Below, piece after piece: positions 36,603 through 45,936 of a DNA stretch of 64,000 nt. The number at the start of each line of letters is the position of its first letter. The stretch's first letter is position 1. This stretch comes from Entomortierella parvispora E1425 (Eukaryota; Fungi; Mortierellomycota). The stretch covers positions 2,790,001-2,854,000 of the forward strand of contig BQFW01000004.1 in the NCBI GenBank assembly GCA_020891255.1. Direction: 5' to 3'. Under the pieces are notes generated by a model. That model searched no databases. It saw only the letters and a list, made by a program, of their open reading frames with translations, and had not been told where the DNA came from. A program made the position numbers and the translations under genes.

Positions 36603-36685
36603 TCCGAAAACCCGGATTTGAACCAGGGACCTAGAGATAACAGACAAACTACAGTCTCCCGCTCTACCAACTGAGCTATTTTCGG
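36603..36685 (-). tRNA. tRNA-Tyr(GTA) with 10-nt intron
   Basis: Minus strand CCGAAAA-TAGCTCAGTTGGTAGAGC-GGGAGA-CTGTAG[TTTGTCTGTT]A-TCTCT-AGGTC-CCTGGTTCAAATCCGGG-TTTTCGG-A. All stems pair, C1:G72 and A73 are present, and T-runs follow downstream. Confidence 0.95.
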
Positions 36686-37007
36686 ATCTTTGATGTCTGC
36701 TGATTTTCTTTATCATCTTTAAATCAATTATTTACAAATTTGGTGGCGTCAAATACGGTGACGTCATCATTCCACAAAATTGGTGGCGTCTTGGTCCAAT
36801 GACCTCTTCGGCCCCCTGAGCACGGTCCACACGCGTCGGCCAGGGGGGTGCTTTGCCAGAGATGAAAAAGGCGAAGTGAAGAATGCAGCCATTTCAGCAT
36901 TCACAGCATCAATCATTCACCTACTCGCTCCATCTTTGCGGAAAAATACACCTTCTATCCCTACCTCGATGTTGGGAAGTTGCAGACAAGCTCACTTTGC
37001 CCTGGCT

Positions 37008-38928
37008 ATGGGCAAGGACCCAGCTGCTGCGGCCAGAGGAGGAGGTTTGATTTCACGACCAGTCTCCGACCACCACGACACTTTCAACTGCTGCGACAAC
37101 GAAAGCCTCTCAACCGAAGGGAGCGTTGCGGATAGGGCCACCGAGTACTACTCATCTACCGAGAGCAACAGGTCTGCTTCCGAGGAAAGCCCTTTCAAGA
37201 CATTGCGGACCGGAATCTTTCTACGGGACGAACTAGAGCACGCCAGACATGCGAGGAGAGAAAGGGTGGCGTCACTGTTCAAAGACCATGGCAGTCATCT
37301 CCACTGTGAGAGATGCGGAGTTCAAGGGAAAATTGTTCAAGAGTCCAAGGGTAAAGGTAAAATGATGGGGTAGTATATAGCTTTTTTTTTTCTTGTTGAA
37401 TCAGTTCTCTTTTCTAACATATGATGCTGCCCCCCCCCCCTCACCCTGCACTCCGCACAGGCAAGTCGCGGTATCGCTGCAGAGGGATAGTGTCGGGCAA
37501 AACACAGTGTGGCAAGACTCACGGCATCAACTCCTTGGAGACGTGGCTCAATCACGTCTCAAAGGCCGAGACAGAAGAAGACTACGCACTTGCTACTGGA
37601 GCGAAGGGTGCGAAAGAAATGCAAGAGTATCTGGCAGTTCAATCCACCTATTCCCAGGAGCATGCCCTAGAGCCAAGTCTGGTTGACATAGAGGCTGCCA
37701 ATAACCGTGGGACTGAGGATCCAGATCAAGACGAGCACATGGTGAGATCTAGCTACCAGGGGATCTAGTTTCCAGGCTTTTAGTACGTCAGTGGAACTAT
37801 TCGTGCAAAACACAGCCCTAAACAATGCCTCTTTTATATCATCTCTTTATCTAGTGCGATGAACAATTTACGGACTACACAAGCAAGGCCTTCATCGAGA
37901 AAACCCACGACTTTGTCTTTCAGCGACTTCTTGAGTGTCCACACATTGAATTATCGGCCAAAAAGCTCTCAATCCGTGAAGAGTTGAAAATTTTGGAGGT
38001 GAAGGAAGGATCGGTCAAGTTTACGTTGCTCGAGGACCAGTTTGACCCTTGGAAACGTGCTCACGAGACTGAACTCGGAATCGAACTCAGACTGGCAAAG
38101 ATCAGGAAGCTCAAAAGGACGGGGAACAAGGAAGTGAATGAGACATACCTTTGCAATTACCACGGAAAGAGGCGAGTACCAAAAACAGACTGTAGCGCCC
38201 AACAGCCAGAAGCACGCAAAATGAAGCGGAAGCGTCAGAGCTTCAAGTGTGGGTGCAAGGGCAGGATCACCAAATCCCGTAAGAACGTCGTGATTGACGG
38301 CAATCAGTCGATTACCACCTTCGATATCCTTTACTCTATCGGACACAACCATCCTGTTTTCGACAAAAACACTGCCGGATCAAGACGTATCTCACAGGAA
38401 GCCAAGGCTTGGATTGAGAGGGAGCTCTTGAGAGGCGTGTCTCCTAAAGAGGTCATGAGAACAAGCACCGAGGCTCTCAGAGAAATCCGATTGAGGGATA
38501 CTGCAGCAGGAAAGCGACCACATCGCGACCATTACATCAGCTATATGGACGTTTATAACGTTTATTATCGGGTTTTCCGAAAGACAGACGAGGAATCAAA
38601 GGGCGACGCCGAAGTCCCAGCAGCTGATGGATCGGATGATGGATCGGAGGACGAGGAGGAAGACGTTTTTGTGAAGGAGGAAGAAGATGACTCGGCCGAC
38701 GATTCGGGAGTCTCTTGTACTATGAGATCGGATGAAGAATCAGAACCCAGCCAGATGGAGAGATTACTCCTGCTAAAGAAATTGCGAGGCGAGATGAAGT
38801 GCCGAAGAGCGAAGCGGATGAAGACAGAGAGATCGGATGAAGAATCAACAAAACAACTCAAAAGTGAATTCGGCGAGAGATTAGATAAAGAATCAATGAA
38901 CGACTCGAGGGTTCTCTTGACTGAATGA
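37008..38928 (+). CDS. Putative 3-exon gene: zinc-ribbon-like domain + MULE-type WRKY/GCM1/FAR1-like DNA-binding domain + acidic tail; no DDE domain
   Basis: HCERCGVQGKIVQESKG|KSRYRCRGIVSGKTQCGKT. A phase-0 intron at 37742-37854 joins in frame to YLCNYHG..QSFKCGCKGRI..YSIGHNHP and RDHYISYMDVYNVY, typical of MULE N-termini. Confidence 0.6.
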
Positions 38929-39468
38929 TGGGACGAAGAATCAGTTGACGACTCGAAGGGTCCTTGGCTCAGAGACTGGATAAAAAAAAGAAGGGCAAAT
39001 CGGACGTTCTTTTCACGACTAAATCGGATGAAGTACCAACTGACGACTCGCAGGTTCCTTGGACTTACAGATCGGAGGAGGAATCAATGGGCGACTCGGT
39101 TGTTTCTTCGACTTTCAGATGGGAAAAAGAACAAAATTGATGACTCGGAAGTTCCTTTGGTCAATAGATCCTACAACTCGGATGTTTCTTTAGCCGAGAG
39201 ATCGGATGAAGAATCAACGGTCGACTTGGATGTTTCTATCACTGAGAGATCGGATGAAGAATCAACGGACGACTTGGATGTTTCTATCGCTGAGAGCTCG
39301 GATGAAGAATCAACGGACGACTTGGATGTTTTTATGGCTGAGAGATCGGATGAAGAATCAACGGACGACTTGGATGTTTTTATGGCTGAGAGATCGGATG
39401 AAGAATCAACGGACGACTTGGATGTTTCTATGGCTGAGAGATCGGATGAAGAATCAACGGACGACTTG
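38720..39468. repeat. 48-bp minisatellite encoding DVxxAERSDEESTDDL; six near-perfect copies at 39181-39468, degenerate copies upstream
   Basis: The unit GATGTTTYTATSGCTGAGAGATCGGATGAAGAATCAACGGACGACTTG repeats every 48 bp. AGATCGGATGAAGAATCA-like cores also occur near 38725, 38828, 38878, 38927, 39023 and 39069. Confidence 0.92.
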
Positions 39469-40530
39469 TCTATCCAGAAAAGAAGAAGTTATTAAAGCAA
39501 TCATTACTACAATATGATGAGAGAGGGTGGGAGGTTTATACGTGTTTGCCTTTGTGAGTTCCATTCCAATTGAAAGGGGTGCTGACAGCTCACGACCTTG
39601 TCGTTTTCTTGTTTGTTTACGCGGGGTTTACTCATTCTCCGCCAGATCACCGTTTGGTCTACCTCAGGAGGTATCCAAGGCAGGGGTACATGTATACAGG
39701 GCAACAACTCCACGTTCATCAGTTCGCTTTGTTTTTCTTAAAACCTCTTCCAGTATTACGAGAGGCTCATGGTAATGACTTGACATTGATATCTTGGACA
39801 ATTGTCACTCAATTGCTTCAAAAAGGAGCTACATGGACACCAGTAATTCATGATGATGATTCTTATTTAATTGTGCAAAAAGACTGAAGATAAGGGGGAA
39901 AGGGAAAGAGTGGGGAGTGGGGTTATAAAGCTAACTAAACGAAATCATAGGAGGCGAAAGGGTGGAATGCAACACGTCGCTCAAAAGAGAGGAAGAGAGA
40001 CAGAGATGACGCCTTCGTCACCTAGGGAGACGAGTTCTTTCATTGTTTTTTTCTTTCTCAAGCATTGCTGGGGCAGGGTCTTCATCAGAGAAGTCCTCTG
40101 TAACCTAGATTCAAGGCAATAAAAATAACAAAAAAAACAAAGAACTCACCACTAGATTCAGCACCGTGTCCCTGACTCTTGAAGGCGAACTGTGAGCTTG
40201 GGCGAGGTGGAGACACCTCTCCTTTTCGGCACTCGCACCTTCGAGAGGAAGGCGAGGGCTCGAGAAAAGGTGCTCGTGTTATTTGCGACGGGTGAAGGGT
40301 ATCTATTCCAAAAGAAGAGAGAGGAGAGGGAAAGATCGGGCTAAAGGGTATACACCAAGAAGAGAGTAGAGGGAGGAAGATAAAAAAAAAAGAGTCGAAG
40401 CAGGTTATTGATCTGAATCGCTTTCAAACGACCTTAGAAGCGGCAAAAGTCAGCCTGGAAACACCACGAAGGTTAGTTGACTGATCCCAGGGTATCGGAT
40501 TAGTCGGCAAGGAGACAGGTCTTTTGATAT

Positions 40531-40809
40531 CTAGACGCTTCGTCGTTTCTGCTGTTGCTGCTTTTGCATCTGCTGAGCAAGCGCATCTTGGGCCATAATC
40601 GATGGCGCCTGACCCCAGGGTGTGCGAGAAAGGGGCACGAGGCTCTCAAGGACCTCAGCGCGAGTTAGTGATCTTGGAGGAAGGGTAGAGGCGATATTTC
40701 GGAGCTGGACTACTGGTGGTTCGGAAGTAGAAGTTGAGGTGGAAGTGGCTGGCAGGACATCCTCCTCGATCTGGATGTAACCATTGCGTTGAGTTTGTTG
40801 GTGCAACAT
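40531..40809 (-). CDS. Possible small hypothetical protein
   Basis: ATG-initiated MLHQQTQRNGYIQIEEDVLP..QQMQKQQQQKRRSV in coding-like sequence; no recognisable domain. Confidence 0.25.
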   Translation of the reverse strand: MLHQQTQRNGYIQIEEDVLPATSTSTSTSEPPVVQLRNIASTLPPRSLTRAEVLESLVPLSRTPWGQAPSIMAQDALAQQMQKQQQQKRRSV

Positions 40810-41353
40810 GACTGGGGGTTGGACTTGGAAGAGGGTTGGACTTGGGGAGAGAAGGGCCTGAAAGCTGGGATTGCGCGGAAGTAAGCTTGGCTTGAGTGTG
40901 CTTGGTATTCGGTAGGTTGTAAAAAAAAGGGGGGGCCTCGAGAACAAGCCGATATTTATAAAGTGTCTTTTTACCGAGCCAAAGCTTAGATGAGTCAGAG
41001 CGCCGGGGCCTTTCAAATCTCCAATGACCCCAGTGCGTGAGCTCAAAAGAGAGTTACCTGCAGCTCAAGCACGCAAGTGCACCTGCAAGAAAGTCAATTG
41101 ATGATAACAGCCGATATCCAGGAATTGAGACTGGCTGCGGAACTTTTTTTTTTTTTTTTTGCGGCGGCGGGCGTACTCCTTACAAATCAAACTCCTCGTC
41201 TTCGCGAGCATTCATTCGCGTTCTCGACAAGGCGTGTGGGCGCTGCAGAAAATCGGACAGTCAATTGACTTTTTTTTACTTTTTTATTACCACTGGTGCC
41301 AGGATCGTCAAACAAGTCTGGACTCAAGGGGTGCGAAAGCCGATCTCTTGAAT

Positions 41354-43803
41354 TTAGAGAGCGGGCCGAGGGAGAGGAATGGTGACAACAAGAGCGTCAT
41401 GAATCTGCTGGATCTGCTTTTTGTTCAGCTGCATCTCGTTCATAAGGAAGTCGTGGATCGTTCCGTACTTTGCATGGAACTTTTCCAAGAATCGGGTCAT
41501 GTATTCGGCCCTGGCATCATTAGTAATATGAGGAAGAGTAGAGGAAGGGGAGAGAAATATTAGTTATTTCTCTTTGACTAGACCATGCAAGCGATTAAAG
41601 TTTCCCGCTTACTTCGCTGACAAGATCCCACGGACGAGCTCATCTGAGGCATCATCGCCGAGGACGGCCTTGAGGAACTTTACATCTTCTTCTTTAACTA
41701 TCAGCCAGTTCGTAGAGTGGGGTAAGTATCAATGTTGAGCGGCGTGTGTGTTTGTTCTTCCAAAATGAGCCGATAACTTACTGGCTAGGCACCTGTGCGT
41801 GAGCTCGTATTCCCAGGTAATCGTCTCTTCATCCACTCCGCAAATCATCTGCAGCAAAGCACATACCACCCCAGTGCGGTCCTTGCCTGCGGTGCAATGA
41901 ACAATAAATGGTGTTCGCTTCTGTACAATATGGTCCAACACTGGTCTGAAGAATTGATTGACATTGGGCATCATGGACATGTACGCCTCTGCAAACCCTT
42001 CAGTGCCTCCCATGTACATGCCAAATCTCGCAGCAATGTTGACAGGCGAATAATCTTCGTCCGAGAAAACTGGCGTGTGGTGTCTTCGAATCTTGTCCGT
42101 TTGGCTGACATAAGAGGAAAAAAAAAGTGTAAGCCTCATCAACATTCACACCAAATATCCCAATGGCCGCCGTATCTTTGTTGACCTACAATGTTTCCCG
42201 ACGCTCGGTCTCCGTGGTTGAGCGCAAGTCAAATACATCAGTAATATTAAGCGACTCAAGGACTCGAATACCCTCTTCGGTTGGACTCGAGATACTGTTA
42301 AATCAACATGCAGCAAGGGAAGGTGATTGGTACATGCCTCACAATTCAGAACAACGAGGGGTTTCTTTCTAGAAGCTTACTCTGCACATCGGTAGATCAC
42401 ACCTGGTCGAAGGTACTTCACAGTTCCATCATTCGAGGATGGGATCCAGGTATCGCCAACAGTTCTAAAGTTCAAAACGCCTCCAACTGCGCCCACCCAA
42501 CTTTTCCAATTGGGCGAGATGCGTCGCGTCCAGTCCTCTTTGCGGCCCTCCACCGAAAAGTACTGCGCCACAGTCTGAGCAATCTCCTGAGTATGGCCAC
42601 GGTAGTTGTGATCTGCATTGGTGATGATGCGAATGGTTGTGTTGGCGTGTGAGAGATGGGCCTGAAGTGTTGCCACGTCTTTGACCGGGACGACCTGGAT
42701 GGGAAAAATACAAGATTATTAAGATAGGTGCTCAAAGATCATCTTCCTTGCCTCGACTCTGATCTGACAAGTATAGTGTTATTCTTACAGCATCCTCAGA
42801 TCCATGGCAAAGCAGGATGTTGGTCATTGGAGGGATGTTGACCACTAAAGCAACAAACAAGGTCCAAGTGTGGTCAGCAACCTACTTTTGAAACAGCATG
42901 CCATCTCCGGCCATAGCCAAGTTCAAATCCACTCCACTTACCGGCCGCAGTGTTGAAGTCGATAAAGTCATCAAAGTTCTTCTTGGTCACCCGAATAGAG
43001 ACATCCTTTCCAGCTGCGCGCGCAACCCAGTCAAAGTAACCCTATTACAGCGTTTTGGACAGACACGTTCAATATCGATGGTTCTGACAAATGGCTCATC
43101 TTCTCTTTCACATCTTACCTCTTCGTCCAGCATGTTGATAATGTGTTTGCCATGTCGGCGCCTGACATCCGCCATGTCGAATCGAGTACTGATACTGACG
43201 ATATGAGGGATCGACGGCACATGGTTTGAGCAGGCAGCGTAGTTCAGGATCGAGATGGCCCCTCTCGAATGACCGATGAGCGCGTAGATCTGGTATCCTT
43301 GACGCTCAAAGTAGTTGACAACCGTGTCAATGTCCTCGTAATCATCTTCCCAGTTAGAGTAACCCATCTGACCGTTGCTTTCACCGTTGCCTCTGCAAAG
43401 AAGCACGCGATTAGTTTCATCAACCTCAACTGTGGACTTCATACATTCCTATCCCATTTCACTCACCTGGCATCATATCGGAATGTATCCATGTAAGGGG
43501 CCAACAAATTGGCCATCAGCGGCTGGAAGAGATAGTTTTTGTGTCCTATAGCCATGAAAGATTAATGAGCCGAAGAGCAAGAAAGACTGATACAAACAAA
43601 CAAAGAGGAGCATCCTGCTGTCTTGTCACATCAGTCCAGAAAAACGTACCCAAAACGCCGTGACAGATAATACCGAGCCGACGCGAGGGATGCCCGGTGG
43701 ACTGGAGGATACCGGCCAGCTGGATGGGTTTCCCAGGAACGGGGATCTTGAGAGTAGTAAGGGTTCCTTGGATGTCACCCAGATCAACCTTTTCCTTGGA
43801 CAT
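41354..43803 (-). CDS. Alpha/beta hydrolase fused to a Y_phosphatase3-type cysteine phosphatase (multi-exon)
   Basis: N-half: LGIICHGVLG|HKNYLFQ, FRYD|..GNGES, LIGHSRGA (GxSxG), CHGSEDA|VVPV, NADHNY. C-half: GVLNFRTVGD, LRPGVIYRCA, VFDLRS, VHCTAGKDRTG (CX5R), EYELT, ending DALVVTIPLPRPAL*. Confidence 0.85.
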
Positions 43804-45936
43804 TTGTGGCGCTATCCTTGAGAGACGGGGGTGTTTGGTTGAGAGAAGGTAGCACAGGCAGCGGGGAGGAATGAAGAGAAAAAGAAGAGATGAGAGTGGA
43901 GAGAGAAGGTTCAATGGAGAGAAGGAGAGAGGGCAGAGCGCGAATGAATGGCCATCGGATGAATAGATGCTCCCTTCCCCAAACCAAACCAAGCCAAACC
44001 CTGTCAGCGTCTCTCTGTCCGTTGCTTCCTTCGGCTGAGCTGATGGACGGCCTTGCCCTCCTGTGCCGTGGGTGTCTGCGATCAATTCCGGCCGAGAAGT
44101 AAGGTTGGTGGCGTTTTTGGGTTTGTGCAACAGCACGACCTGTTTCTTTTCTCTTCCTGTAGCCATGGCCAACTTACTTGGACGATCGATCCCACCGCTA
44201 TCGGAACGGGGTCCAAATGAACGGCACCCTGTTCTCCGAAAGAGAGACTGTAAATAGTCAGGCGACATCCAAACGCAAAAGAAATGGACAAGGAGATCCG
44301 ACACCACCGCCGCCCAGTTGACGCGATTCAAAAGTCTTGAAAAGGTAGGATACAGATTCAAAGAGGCATGCACCAAAAGACAACCTTGTCCTGTATATCG
44401 ATGGAGCTCAGACCGAGAAAAGGCCACGACCTTGATCCCAGAAGACGTCCAAATCATGACCGCAACCGGATGGGGGGAGGTGGGAAAGAGTGTGCTGGGT
44501 TGGGCACACGGAGCAGCAACAATGATAAATCCCCCGCGAAACGGAACTTTACCAACATTTGATCTAACCTCGCTGGCACGTTTCCCGTTTTTTGATGTTG
44601 CACTAGTCTTTATAATGTAGGATTCCAAGACGATGCTGAGAACTTACAGCCTGGAGTGATCCAGACACCATCAAAACTCTCGCTTTTGATATCGGACAAG
44701 CATTTGTATAGAGCCCTCAGTGGTCGGCCTCAAGAAGTGGGCAACACAGCACAGCTGTCGTACAAGCGATGGTCAAAGGCGATCAATTGTATCTTCTGCA
44801 GCGGGACATGGGTTCGCAGAATCAGAATACCTGAATTTCAAAAACTCGGAAAAGTCCCACGAACTACAAGCAGCAATATATCGGGTAGATCTTCAACTTG
44901 GTCGCGGGAATCTCGAGTGAGGAAAAGAAAATAGGAAAAAAAAAAGATCATTGAGAGTTCGATTTAGACCACTCGCATATACAGGAAAACAGCCAACCAC
45001 GGAAGAATCGAGCCCTTCAACTAGTAAGGCATCGATCAGAGAAGATGAAGGAAGCCTGTGAGCCTTGATAGCCCCTGAAGCAACATATCTTTGATCGTTG
45101 AAGACGACTGCCACGATCGTGAGCCCCACATGCAGAAACGAGAGATGCAGCGCAAGAGATGCAGTAATCATTCTCGGTGACGAGGACAAAAGTTCGTGAC
45201 TGTGACGGCCCCCCACACACTTTTCAGAGAACAACAAATAGTCGATGTTCTCTCTTTTTTCTTCTTCCCTTCAACCTTCCTCCTTGCCCTCCTGTCCCTC
45301 ACCTCCTCCCGTTACACCTCGTAAGAACTATGGATGACTCGCCTAATAAAAACAATGACTCAATCCCGCGCTCCCCCTTCTTGTTATGATGAATTGATGT
45401 TGTCATTCCCCACTATCCGCCCCACATCCATCCATACCTTTCCCCACACAAATCAGGCCACCTCGTGTTCGTGAGCTCGCTCGCTTGAAATCTCTCGTGA
45501 AGGCAGGGGGACGATCTTCCTGCTGAGAATTCTTTTCTTGCAAACAATAGCGAAATATACTCACTAGACATGGTGGCCAAGAGCCTAACTCCAGGGTCGT
45601 TTTGTATGCCATGATTGAGTCTGTCTGCTTTTTTTTACAGACAGATCCGCCTTGGTATATCTTCCCACATTCCTTTCTTTTTTTACTTCTCTATTCCAAA
45701 GGTTCGCATTGAATGTCCAATGGTTATCCTTCTCGATGGCCGATGGATGGAGGTTTGACTCCTCTCAACCTTCTTTTTTTCTTTTTCTTTTCGGCTTGTT
45801 TTATCATTCCTATTTGTAAAAAATAAAATCTTGCTGCACAGCATTCATAAGAATCGTCATCATTCAGGTTTTAATCGGTTCAACGTGGTTGGCATGAAAA
45901 AGAAGGGTGCTGGTATATTTTGAGGTTGTCATAACG

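Noticed and set aside
36738-36795. Direct repeat TTGGTGGCGTC as the left terminus of a second transposon
   Set aside because: No matching inverted copy was found downstream of the MULE-derived gene (searched by eye to about 40.5 kb).
39181-39468. 48-bp repeats as a CRISPR array
   Set aside because: Units are contiguous with no unique spacers, they encode a peptide repeat, and the context is eukaryotic with no cas genes.
40150-40270. Small hairpin-rich stretch (GAGGTGGAGACACCTC) as an ncRNA
   Set aside because: Only a short stem; no recognisable RNA family boxes or terminator.
43546-44628. 360-aa minus ORF as one gene
   Set aside because: Only the part from ATG 43803 (MSKEKVDLG..CHGVLG) is the first exon of the hydrolase-phosphatase gene. 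The upstream part runs through a pyrimidine-rich 5' region and has no recognisable content.
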